A DNA stretch of 64,000 bases from an uncultured bacterium (GTDB lineage Bacteria > Fermentibacterota > Fermentibacteria > Fermentibacterales > JCC-6). The stretch lies in the NCBI GenBank assembly GCA_965371785.1, contig CBDUZS010000002.1, positions 2,362 to 66,361 of the forward strand. Reading direction: 5' to 3'. Under the pieces are notes generated by a model. That model ran no database searches. It was not told the DNA's origin and worked only from the letters and a program-made list of their open reading frames with translations. How positions within the stretch are numbered: the stretch's first letter is position 1; every line of letters begins with the position of its first letter. Shown here piece by piece: positions 55,606-64,000 of this stretch. The position numbers and the translations under genes are program-made.

Positions 55606-58250
55606 AGAAACTGCTGCTGATCGACAGCCTGGGTTTGCTGTACAGGGGACACTACGCGCTCATCAGTCATCCACTGACGGCCCCTGACGGTACCGTTACC
55701 AGCGGTGTCAACTTCCTCGCGACTGAGATACTCTCAATGTACGACAAATATTCTCCCGACCGTCTTGCAGCCGTATTCGACTACCCCGCACCATCATTCC
55801 GAAAAGCGATATATCCCGACTACAAGGCTAACCGTCCTCCAATGCCGGATGAGCTGAGGCTTCAATCCTCTATTGTCCGTGAACTGCTTCCACTTCTCGG
55901 AATTCCGGTCGTCGAGAGAAAAGGGCTCGAAGCAGATGATCTGATCGCTTCTCTATCCCTCAAGGCTCTCGAGGAAGGCATGGAAGTCATCATCCTTTCA
56001 TCGGACAAGGACATGCTGCAGCTGCTGCAGCCGGGAGTCGTCATTCTAAAGCCGGGCATCCGCGGTAGTCCGGGAAGGGAGATAACGGACGAGAACGTTA
56101 TCGAAGAAATAGGTGTCAGAGCAGATCAGGTGATAGATTATTTCGCCCTCACAGGGGATTCCTCGGACAACATTCCAGGAGCAAGAGGAATCGGTCCGAA
56201 AACGGCGAAAACCCTCATCGAGAAGTACGACAGCCTCGATGCCATCTACGGGCATATAGATACCGTCTTGCCGGAATCGGTCCGAAAGAAACTCGTTGAC
56301 AGCAGAGACATCGTTGATCTGAGCAGAACACTGGTCACCCTCGATTCCAGCCTCCCGAAGAATATATCCCTGGCAACACTCAGGCTGACGCTGCCCTCGA
56401 CGGTCGAAGCCCTGAAAATGCTCGAACGGCTTGGAATGAAGAACCTTTTTAAACGTTTCGCCCCGGAACAGGACAAGGTCGATATCGACACGAATGTAAT
56501 CACGGATGAAGACCTGCTCGATTCGATCGAGAGCTGCCTTCAGCCCGGTGCTGTCGCGATCGATACCGAAACGACTTCCCGCAAGCCGATGGATGCCGAT
56601 ATCGTGGGAATATCTTTAACCAACAGCTCAGATTCGGCCTGGTATCTCCCCATGTCAGGAGATGACAGGCTCCCCAGAGAAGCTGTTGTCAAACTTCTGA
56701 AAAGGCTTGCTTCTGAAAGAGGCCTTGTGGCTCAGAACGCAAAGTACGACCTTCATATCCTTCGCAATCTCGGCATAGAATGGGGCAGGGTGGAAGGAGA
56801 CCCCTTCATAGCGGACTACCTGCTGCGTCCCGTTGCGGCATCGAGGTCAATTGCCACTCTTTCATCACACTACATCGGCCGATCGATGATGACGTACAGC
56901 GAGGTGCTGGGCGGCAGTGAGACTCTGCTAGGCGTTCCAATCCATGAGGTTGCCGACTACTGCTGCGCCGATGCCGCTACCGCATGGAGGCTGCACGAAC
57001 TCCTCGCCCTGAAGCTGCGTGCCGACAGCGACCTGAACAGAATCTACACGGAAGTCGAACTTCCCCTGATACGAGTGCTCACCTCGATGGAGCGCAGAGG
57101 TGTGCGGCTGGATATGGAATCCCTGAGCCGGTTGAAGCTGTCCTTTTCCGAAAGGCTGCATGAACTCGCTTCGGAAGCGCATCGAATGACAGGCTATCAG
57201 ATCAATCTCAGCAGCCCAAGGCAGGTCTCGAATGCCCTCTTCAGCGGATTCGGTCTCAAACCGGTAAGAAAAACCGCAAAGGGAGTCCTCTCCTCCAGCA
57301 TGACCGTCCTCGAGGCACTCAGAGGTCAGCATCCTTTCGTGGATCTGATGATCGAGTACAGAGAGCTATCCAAACTTCTCAACACATACGTTTCCAAGCT
57401 GCCTGACTACATTTCACCCGCAACCGGGCTGATTCACACTTCGTTCAACCAGGCGGTCACAGCAACCGGAAGGCTCAGTTCGAGCGCACCCAATCTGCAG
57501 AACATCCCCATCCGCACCACCCGCGGAAAACTAGTCAGGAGCTGCTTCAGACCTCCGCGAGAGAACGATGTATTCGTTAGCGCCGACTACTCGCAGATAG
57601 AACTTCGTGTACTGGCTCACCTTGCGGGTCCAGGGGCTCTGCGGGACGCCTACGAGAATGACAGGGATATCCACAATTCCACGTCAGAAGCCCTCTTCGG
57701 TGACTGCTCACCAGAGCACAGGACCAAAGCCAAGGAAGTGAACTTCTCCATAGTCTACGGCATCAGTCCATACGGTCTGGCCTCCAGGCTGGGTGTGAGC
57801 AGGGGGGAAGCTTCAGGTATAATCAACAGGTACTTCGCAACGTATCCGGAGGTCGATGCCTTTTACCGGCGGACGGTATCGGACGCCGAATCGACAGCCG
57901 AAACGAGAACGATACTCGGACGGAAGCGTGACTTCCCCGATCTGGCCGCCTCCAGAGGAAACGTCAGGAGATCGATCGAACGGATGGTCGTGAACACGAC
58001 GGTTCAGGGTTCTGCGGCAGACATCGTCAAACTTGCGATGCTGAAGGTTCACGAACGTCTCCTGAAAGAGCTTCCCGATTCGGGCCTTGTTCTACAGGTT
58101 CACGATGAGCTTCTCATCTCGTGTACCGAGGAGGATTCGGAGAAGGCTTCCGCAATCCTGAAGGAGGAGATGGAGACAGCCTTCGAGCTTGCCGTTCCGC
58201 TGAGAGTCGAATCGGGAAAGGGACGCAACTGGCTGGAAGCGGCGCATTAA
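55602..58250 (+). CDS. polA: DNA polymerase I
   Basis: 882 aa. 5'-3' exonuclease N-domain (LLLIDSLGLLYRGHYAL). Central 3'-5' exo-like domain. Pol A motifs DYSQIELRVLAHLAG, RTKAKEVNFSIVYGIS, VLQVHDELLI. Confidence 0.95.
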   Translation: MKKLLLIDSLGLLYRGHYALISHPLTAPDGTVTSGVNFLATEILSMYDKYSPDRLAAVFDYPAPSFRKAIYPDYKANRPPMPDELRLQSSIVRELLPLLGIPVVERKGLEADDLIASLSLKALEEGMEVIILSSDKDMLQLLQPGVVILKPGIRGSPGREITDENVIEEIGVRADQVIDYFALTGDSSDNIPGARGIGPKTAKTLIEKYDSLDAIYGHIDTVLPESVRKKLVDSRDIVDLSRTLVTLDSSLPKNISLATLRLTLPSTVEALKMLERLGMKNLFKRFAPEQDKVDIDTNVITDEDLLDSIESCLQPGAVAIDTETTSRKPMDADIVGISLTNSSDSAWYLPMSGDDRLPREAVVKLLKRLASERGLVAQNAKYDLHILRNLGIEWGRVEGDPFIADYLLRPVAASRSIATLSSHYIGRSMMTYSEVLGGSETLLGVPIHEVADYCCADAATAWRLHELLALKLRADSDLNRIYTEVELPLIRVLTSMERRGVRLDMESLSRLKLSFSERLHELASEAHRMTGYQINLSSPRQVSNALFSGFGLKPVRKTAKGVLSSSMTVLEALRGQHPFVDLMIEYRELSKLLNTYVSKLPDYISPATGLIHTSFNQAVTATGRLSSSAPNLQNIPIRTTRGKLVRSCFRPPRENDVFVSADYSQIELRVLAHLAGPGALRDAYENDRDIHNSTSEALFGDCSPEHRTKAKEVNFSIVYGISPYGLASRLGVSRGEASGIINRYFATYPEVDAFYRRTVSDAESTAETRTILGRKRDFPDLAASRGNVRRSIERMVVNTTVQGSAADIVKLAMLKVHERLLKELPDSGLVLQVHDELLISCTEEDSEKASAILKEEMETAFELAVPLRVESGKGRNWLEAAH

Positions 58251-58264
58251 CTGCAGGGAAGAAT

Positions 58265-59587
58265 ATGAAGACTACCGGGCTTGTGATGTTTTCGATACTG
58301 ATGCTGCTGTCCTGTGGAGGGAGCACCGGAAACGGCGTCAACGTATTGCTGGTTCTCCTCGACACCGTAAGAGCCGACCATCTCCATTGCTACGGCTACG
58401 AATTAGCAACCAGCCCCGTTATAGACAGCCTCGTCAGTTCGGGTACGATTTTCACACAGCTGCAGTCACAGAGTTCATGGACCCTGCCATCGATGGCATC
58501 GATTCTTACAGGTGTGTCCCCCCGTGAGCATGGAGCGGGACGCAGGAATAGTGAGTTCTACGGCATTTCCCCCGAGCTGCCAAGCATGCCCCTTCACTTC
58601 CACACCTCGGGCTACGAGACCGCTGCATTCATCAACGTGATATTCATGAGCGAAGATTTCGGATTTCACAGGGGATTCGATCATTTCGACTGCCAGGGAT
58701 TCGCAAACAGGCATAGCCTGAGAAGGGCGGGAGAGACAGTCGACCTTGTACTCGACTGGCTCGACCAGAGAAATCCCGAAAGACCATTCTTCATTGCACT
58801 CCATTTTTACGACCCGCACATTCCCTACAATCCGCCTGAGCCCTGGGCTTCCATGTTCACGGATCCCGGATACGTAGGCGAATACGACACATCATGGGGC
58901 AGCGTTCCACAGATGAACGCGATAAACACCGGAGAAGTGGATGTGCCGGAAAGGGGTCTCCTGAACATCATCGGCCTATACGACGGCGAGATAGCTTACA
59001 CCGATCACGAACTGGGAAGATTGCTTGCCGAGCTGAGACGAAGGGGAATCGCTGAGAATACGATAGTCGTTGTCGTAGCCGATCACGGAGAGGAATTTCT
59101 CGAACATGGCAGGATCGAGCACGGAGTCGATCTCTTCCAGGAGGTCCTCCACGTCCCCCTGGTGTTTTCGGGTCCTGGAATAGAACGGGGGGTCTGGCGC
59201 GAAACCCCTGTTTCCCAGATGGATATCTTCCCAACACTGAGCGATCTTGCCGGGCTGGAACCCCCGGGGGGGATATCGGGGAAAAACATGCTCGGGAGCA
59301 GCGGAATTTCACGGGACATCCCCTCAAGCGGTGTGCTCTGGGCTTCCAGCGATATGGCTTCCGTCCGGCAGGATAACCTCAAGGTCATCTGGTGCATCGA
59401 GACCGACTCCATTGCGGCTTACGACCTTCTGGAGGATCCGGGGGAGCTTTCTCCCTTCCCGCCCGACTCCGTTCTCACCGAAGCGCTCCAATACTACTGG
59501 GCGACGCCGGCGATGGCAGAACCTCCGCTCGTGCCGTTCGGTGAGACGATGAGCCGCGAACTCAGGGATCTTGGATACGTAAGGTAA
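58265..59587 (+). CDS. sulfatase-like hydrolase/transferase (alkaline-phosphatase superfamily) lipoprotein
   Basis: Lipobox LLSCGGS. NVLLVLLDTVRADHLHCYGY metal-binding N-terminus. VVADHGEEFLEHG. No canonical C/S-x-P-x-R FGly motif is visible (SSWTLPSMASILTG instead). Confidence 0.7.
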   Translation: MKTTGLVMFSILMLLSCGGSTGNGVNVLLVLLDTVRADHLHCYGYELATSPVIDSLVSSGTIFTQLQSQSSWTLPSMASILTGVSPREHGAGRRNSEFYGISPELPSMPLHFHTSGYETAAFINVIFMSEDFGFHRGFDHFDCQGFANRHSLRRAGETVDLVLDWLDQRNPERPFFIALHFYDPHIPYNPPEPWASMFTDPGYVGEYDTSWGSVPQMNAINTGEVDVPERGLLNIIGLYDGEIAYTDHELGRLLAELRRRGIAENTIVVVVADHGEEFLEHGRIEHGVDLFQEVLHVPLVFSGPGIERGVWRETPVSQMDIFPTLSDLAGLEPPGGISGKNMLGSSGISRDIPSSGVLWASSDMASVRQDNLKVIWCIETDSIAAYDLLEDPGELSPFPPDSVLTEALQYYWATPAMAEPPLVPFGETMSRELRDLGYVR

Positions 59588-59595
59588 TGCATTGT

Positions 59596-59630
59596 AATCG
59601 TTTCACCCTCTTTTACGGAGTGAGACGATT
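59596..59630. terminator. candidate bidirectional intrinsic terminator hairpin between convergent genes
   Basis: AATCGTTTCAC-(13-nt loop)-GTGAGACGATT. 11-bp stem with one mismatch, followed by a T-rich tract (TTCTATGGTTTTCTT) on the + strand. Confidence 0.35.
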
Positions 59631-59650
59631 CGGGGTCTTCTATGGTTTTC

Positions 59651-60244
59651 TTACCAGAGAAACGCACCAATACCGCACTCGAGGAATATCCTGTTCGTAG
59701 TCTTGGAGAATGTCTCCGGTTCGTAATCCGATGTGATGTGGCGAGACATGAATCCAAACTCTATCGGTATCGTGACATGATCCCCGATGATCGGTGATAT
59801 GCCCAGTCCGAGCTTCACTCCCCATCCGCTCTCAATCGCTCCGGGATCGGTCTCGGACCTTATGTACTGGACTGAGCATTCAGCATATGGCATCAGTTGT
59901 TCAAGAATGCCCGGGCGTTTCATGTAATATGCTATGCTAGGTCCGATGCTTATATCCTCAGTCCTGAATTGTCCTTTGAAATAATAGAAGTCAGCGTCGA
60001 TACCGACTCCGAATCGGTCGATCGGGAACCAGAGCACCCTCGGGTTGATGTCTAGCGAGAGAGCACCCTCTTCGGTATAGTTATCTTCCTCGATAGGCAG
60101 TCGATAGTATAAGCTGAACATACTCGCCAGATACCAGCTGTTCTTTGCTGTGGCGTTACTGTCTGCCCGTACGGATCCGAGACCGATCGCGAGAATGAGC
60201 AGAATGAAATAGATGCCTGCACGATTTTTCACTGTTTTCTCCAT
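59651..60244 (-). CDS. hypothetical outer-membrane beta-barrel-like protein
   Basis: 197 aa. Signal peptide (IYFILLILAIGLGSVRA). Alternating hydrophobic beta-strand pattern. Ends in aromatic FLW, typical of OMP C-termini. Located in a lower-GC segment. Confidence 0.45.
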   Translation of the reverse strand: MEKTVKNRAGIYFILLILAIGLGSVRADSNATAKNSWYLASMFSLYYRLPIEEDNYTEEGALSLDINPRVLWFPIDRFGVGIDADFYYFKGQFRTEDISIGPSIAYYMKRPGILEQLMPYAECSVQYIRSETDPGAIESGWGVKLGLGISPIIGDHVTIPIEFGFMSRHITSDYEPETFSKTTNRIFLECGIGAFLW

Positions 60245-60284
60245 AACTGATAGTGTATAGGTATATACGCCTTCACAATACGGA

Positions 60285-61472
60285 TCAGTTCCTCTGATTG
60301 AATTCCGTTCCGAGCTGGTATGATTTCCCCCAGTCGCTCCAGCCGCCTATGATATTGGATGTGGAGATCACCATAGTGTCACCTAACAGCTTTACTATGG
60401 CGAACCCGTAGCTGTTGTCCGCGCCGGCATCGTTGAAGATGATATTGTCGAAAAAGACACTGTCCTCCTGTGAGTCCAAACCCGCAAACACTCGCCAATG
60501 GTGCTCTTCATGTACGTGACCTGTGAATATGCCGAGAACGTTGTACGGTTGCGCCGCCTGGTAAGTAGTGTCGTTCCAGTCCCGACGGCAAAGCACGTCG
60601 AGCTCCAGATCCCTCATTTCCGGGGTCCACCAATGACCATTAGTGCTTTCGTAATCCCAGCCGTAGTGCTGGAATATAAGAACGCCGAGTCCAGTTGTAC
60701 CGACATGCTCTGCGAGGAAGTCCTTCAACCAGTTGAGTTTGGAATAAGATATGTGTGTATTGCTTTCGTAACCACACGATCCAGCCCATAAGCCAAGCGA
60801 GATGAAGTAGTACTGTCCCCAACGCCAGATGTATGCTCCACTGTTGTCGTCGAAGAAAGCCAGAATTCCTTGCGCATTCCCGATACGGTAATTGATGTAA
60901 TCACCCGGTTGACCCCAGCCAGTGGGACTGTCGCCGTAGGGTGGGCAATCGTGATTGCCGATAGTGGGGAATACAGGTTTGTGGACCCTGTATCCACAGC
61001 TATAGGCATTGTAGTCAGTGTCAAAAGCCCCGTAGATGGAACCGCCGTCCATGCCGGGATAATCGTTCTCATAAAGCTGTCTGAACGCTATGAGGTTCTG
61101 GGTGTTGTTGGCATCCACCATGTCTCCCAAATGCACGATTCCATGACAGTTGTCGTACAGATGGTCGTTCAGACCCTGGATCGTCCTGCGATTGCGAATT
61201 ACATGCCAGGTGTCACGGTATTGATGATCATGGCCTGGCACCCAGCCAGCATAGCTGGCATCGATATGGGTATCGGCAATCACGCCGAAGTAAACGATCG
61301 TTTCGTTGGGATTCACGGGATGGACATATATAGGATTTGGCATCCCGGGATTATCATTATTTCCATCGGACGATGGCTCTATTGGGTTATCCCTGCATCC
61401 AGTCATTAACATTAACAAGAGAATACCGTGAATAATTATGACTGTCATGATTGCTTTTCGATTCGAGTACAC
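60285..61472 (-). CDS. calcineurin-like metallophosphoesterase lipoprotein
   Basis: 395 aa. Lipobox LMLMTGC. Metallophosphoesterase motifs D-x-H (GVIADTHID), GDMVD, GNHD, GHVHEEHH. Lower GC than the window average. Confidence 0.8.
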   Translation of the reverse strand: MYSNRKAIMTVIIIHGILLLMLMTGCRDNPIEPSSDGNNDNPGMPNPIYVHPVNPNETIVYFGVIADTHIDASYAGWVPGHDHQYRDTWHVIRNRRTIQGLNDHLYDNCHGIVHLGDMVDANNTQNLIAFRQLYENDYPGMDGGSIYGAFDTDYNAYSCGYRVHKPVFPTIGNHDCPPYGDSPTGWGQPGDYINYRIGNAQGILAFFDDNSGAYIWRWGQYYFISLGLWAGSCGYESNTHISYSKLNWLKDFLAEHVGTTGLGVLIFQHYGWDYESTNGHWWTPEMRDLELDVLCRRDWNDTTYQAAQPYNVLGIFTGHVHEEHHWRVFAGLDSQEDSVFFDNIIFNDAGADNSYGFAIVKLLGDTMVISTSNIIGGWSDWGKSYQLGTEFNQRN

Positions 61473-61526
61473 TGATACCCCTCCATTCTTAATCGCTCGC
61501 TGACTACTCTCGGCCCGTAATTCAGG

Positions 61527-64000
61527 CTAGGTCAGGATTCCTTCATTCTTCAGGCGTGTTCTGAGTTTGCCGAACTCATGCTCGAGTACGGCCAGAAGGG
61601 TAGCGCCATTTCCAAGATCACCACTCCTTGCCAGGTTTTCCAGTCTTGCGGACGCATCCGAGAGAGCCTTTGCCCCGATGTTTGCGGCGGAACCTTTCAG
61701 TGTGTGAGCATGCGATCTCAACTCGATTGCATCGGCTTGCCCGAGTGAATCAGCAATCGCATCAATCTGATCCTCTGCATCACTCATGAACACGCCGAGT
61801 ATCTCGTGGAAGAGTTTCTTGTCGCTCTGGAGGTCGTTCAGGAGTTTCTCCGAGTCGAATATCGTTGCATCCGTCTCGGAATCAGAAAAGAGCAGTGGTC
61901 TTCTGGTGCTGCTGGGAAGCCATTTGTTGAGCAGGTTGATGATATCGGTCTGATTCACGGGTTTGGCAATGTAGTCGTTCATGCCTGCTGCGATGCATTT
62001 CTCTCTGTCACCTTTGAGAGCGTTCGCGGTCATGGCGATTATTGGAATGTCATGGTTCCTGACGTTTGAATCGATGTTCCTGATGGCTCTGGTCGCTTCG
62101 TATCCGTCCATCTCGGGCATGTGGCAATCCATCAGAACCAGATCGTAGGGGATTAGCTCGAGAGCTTTCAGAGCCTCGCTGCCGTCTGCAACCGCATCGG
62201 ATGCGAAACCGTATTTCTCCAGGATCTTGAGAGCTACCAGCTGGTTCACGACGTTGTCTTCCGCTATGAGAATTCTCGCACGCCTCCTGCTGGTCTCGGC
62301 AATACTGTGCTTTGTCATGATCTTTCCATCACCAGAACGTTTACTGGGCTCTTCCGAATAAAGCGTGGTAAGACAATCGTGAAGACAGGACTGCTTCACC
62401 GGCTTCGTCAGGTATGCCGAGAAACCGACCTCCAAAAGACGTCTGGCGTCACCTCTCCTGCCGATTGACGACATCATCACCAGTGTAGTCGAATCTATGG
62501 AGGGGTCCTCCTTGATCTTCAACCCGAGCGTTTCACCGTTCATTCCCGGCATCTGCATGTCTATGATCGCTATTGCATAGGGATCTTTCATGCCTGAGGC
62601 CGCCCTGAGAAGTTCGAGAGCGGTTTCGGCATCCCTGGCAAGGTCGAACCTGCACTTCCAGGATCCGAGCAGAAGGGAGAGCAGCCTGCGGTTGGTCGGG
62701 TTGTCATCTACGGCGAGAATTCTGGCACCCTCGATGCTCGCATGGCTTTCGGGCACCTGCTCCGGGTTCTTCTGTCTTCCGAATTCTACTTCGAACCAGA
62801 ACACGGATCCCTTTCCAGGTTTACTTTCCGCTCCGATATCCCCACCCATCATCCGAACCAGTCTTCTCGATATCGAGAGACCGAGGCCTGTGCCGCCGTA
62901 CTTCCGTGTGGTCGAAGTGTCAGCCTGTGAAAAGGCTTCGAACAGCTCTTCGAGACGATCCCGCGAGATACCGATACCGGTATCGCGAACCTCGAATCTC
63001 AGGAGGATTCTCTCGTCCGTCGCCTTCCGTACCGTCACGTGGATACTGATCTCCCCTTCATCAGTGAATTTAACGGCATTTCCGGTCAGGTTGACCAGTA
63101 TCTGGCGAAGCCTGCCGGGGTCGCCACAGACAAAAGAGGGAACCGAGGGGTCGACCATGCTTATGAACTCGACATCCTTCTGCTGGGCTCTGAAAGCCAT
63201 CTGATCGACGAATTCGTCGAGCATTATCCTGAGATCGAAATCGATTATCTCCAGTTCCAGTTTTCCAGCTTCGATCTTCGAGAAATCGAGAATGTCATTG
63301 ATTATGGCAAGCAGAGCCTCTCCGCTGTGACGGATGGTCTCCGCGAACTCTCGCTGTTCGGGAGACAGGTTCGTATCCATCAGGAGTCCCGTCATTCCGA
63401 TAACACCGTTCAGGGGTGTTCGTATCTCATGGCTCATGTTCGCCAGGAACTCACTCTTCGCATGGCTTGCCTTCTCGGCTTCCAGAGCTTTCTTTTCCGC
63501 CAGATTCAGTGCTTTTTCCAGCTTCAGATTCGCTACGTCGGTTTCTTCCTTGGAGGTCTTCAGAGTCTCGATGAACTCTTCATGTTTTGCTTCGAGTCTG
63601 AGATTGCCCAGTGAGAATGCCACATCGTCTGCAACTTCTTCGAAAATGCTGCGCTCATCCTTGCTGTCGGCAAGATCGGAGAGGATACCAACCGAGATCA
63701 GGCCGTAGACGATGTCGTTGCTCTCGAGCCTTGCGGTGAGGGTCCTGTTGCCCTTGTCCTTCCCGAGAAGGGGACAATTCTTGCACGAGGAAGACGGATC
63801 GAGAATGACAACAGGCCCCTTTTGCTCCATGGCGAGCAGCCCGCACTCGTTCAGGGTCCCGTTCCGGAAGTTATCCTCGAGTTCGGCAAAGGACTCACCG
63901 ATACCGGATTCCGCAAACTTGTCGTACTGTCCCGAATCGTTGATCAGAGCTATCCATGCCGAAGTGTATCCACGGTTGACGATGAGAGTATCACAGATGC
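61527..64000 (-). CDS. hybrid sensor histidine kinase/response regulator (HisKA, HATPase_c, REC, REC, HPt). The N-terminal sensor region continues beyond the window end.
   Basis: H-box [18 protein letters not shown]. ATPase RDTGIGI...GGTGLGLSI. Two REC domains ([14 protein letters not shown]...; [13 protein letters not shown]...[14 protein letters not shown]). C-terminal HPt ([15 protein letters not shown]). The frame is open upstream of Met 63830 to position 64000 (...[12 protein letters not shown]...), so the gene is 5'-partial in this window. Confidence 0.85.
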   Translation of the reverse strand, partial: ICDTLIVNRGYTSAWIALINDSGQYDKFAESGIGESFAELEDNFRNGTLNECGLLAMEQKGPVVILDPSSSCKNCPLLGKDKGNRTLTARLESNDIVYGLISVGILSDLADSKDERSIFEEVADDVAFSLGNLRLEAKHEEFIETLKTSKEETDVANLKLEKALNLAEKKALEAEKASHAKSEFLANMSHEIRTPLNGVIGMTGLLMDTNLSPEQREFAETIRHSGEALLAIINDILDFSKIEAGKLELEIIDFDLRIMLDEFVDQMAFRAQQKDVEFISMVDPSVPSFVCGDPGRLRQILVNLTGNAVKFTDEGEISIHVTVRKATDERILLRFEVRDTGIGISRDRLEELFEAFSQADTSTTRKYGGTGLGLSISRRLVRMMGGDIGAESKPGKGSVFWFEVEFGRQKNPEQVPESHASIEGARILAVDDNPTNRRLLSLLLGSWKCRFDLARDAETALELLRAASGMKDPYAIAIIDMQMPGMNGETLGLKIKEDPSIDSTTLVMMSSIGRRGDARRLLEVGFSAYLTKPVKQSCLHDCLTTLYSEEPSKRSGDGKIMTKHSIAETSRRRARILIAEDNVVNQLVALKILEKYGFASDAVADGSEALKALELIPYDLVLMDCHMPEMDGYEATRAIRNIDSNVRNHDIPIIAMTANALKGDREKCIAAGMNDYIAKPVNQTDIINLLNKWLPSSTRRPLLFSDSETDATIFDSEKLLNDLQSDKKLFHEILGVFMSDAEDQIDAIADSLGQADAIELRSHAHTLKGSAANIGAKALSDASARLENLARSGDLGNGATLLAVLEHEFGKLRTRLKNEGILT

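Noticed and set aside
1-64000. CRISPR arrays, IS elements/transposases and toxin–antitoxin pairs.
   Set aside because: No direct-repeat/spacer periodicity, no DDE or HTH transposase-like ORFs, and no small overlapping gene pairs of the TA type were seen on either strand.

Overview
GC-rich bacterial chromosomal window with very compact gene packing. From ~10.1 kb to ~59.6 kb essentially every gene is on the + strand, and many stops and starts overlap by 1–8 nt. A gingipain-like C25 peptidase carries a T9SS C-terminal sorting domain. Together with LPS-core genes (MsbA-like exporter, GT9 heptosyltransferases) and an HPr-kinase-type regulatory PTS, this points to a diderm, T9SS-bearing, probably uncultivated FCB-group-like lineage. 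That placement is an inference.

Housekeeping genes are clear: mutS, topA, xerC/D-type recombinase, hslVU, dapF, polA, tatA and tRNA-Gly(CCC).

The dominant accessory content is glycosylation:
- A ~14-kb run of translationally coupled GT2, GT4 and polytopic GT-C-like membrane proteins (16.0–27.2 kb) ends in a sensor kinase and a sigma-54 activator.
- A second block (33.9–37.0 kb) has an NDP-sugar pyrophosphorylase and two GT4 genes.
- Four separate large GT-C-like membrane proteins occur in the window, one DUF2723/TMEM260-like and one with a DExHY-type loop. Together with a Dpm1/Ppm1-like GT2, this suggests a polyprenol-phosphate-dependent periplasmic (protein) glycosylation system.

Other notable items:
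- Two MglA-family small GTPases, each translationally coupled to a downstream membrane protein. One partner is a novel zinc-ribbon single-pass membrane protein.
- An HPF–HprK–HPr–EI module next to the sigma-54 activator.
- A catalytically degenerate HtrA-like PDZ protein in an ECF sigma/anti-sigma operon.
- A DUF5916 gene remnant with an in-frame amber codon plus a frameshift.
- Two or three genes whose conserved N-termini are encoded in frame without any ATG/GTG/TTG start. CTG codons with good SD spacing are the candidates.
- A lower-GC segment at the 3' end carrying lipoprotein and OMP genes.

No CRISPR array, transposase or prophage was recognised.
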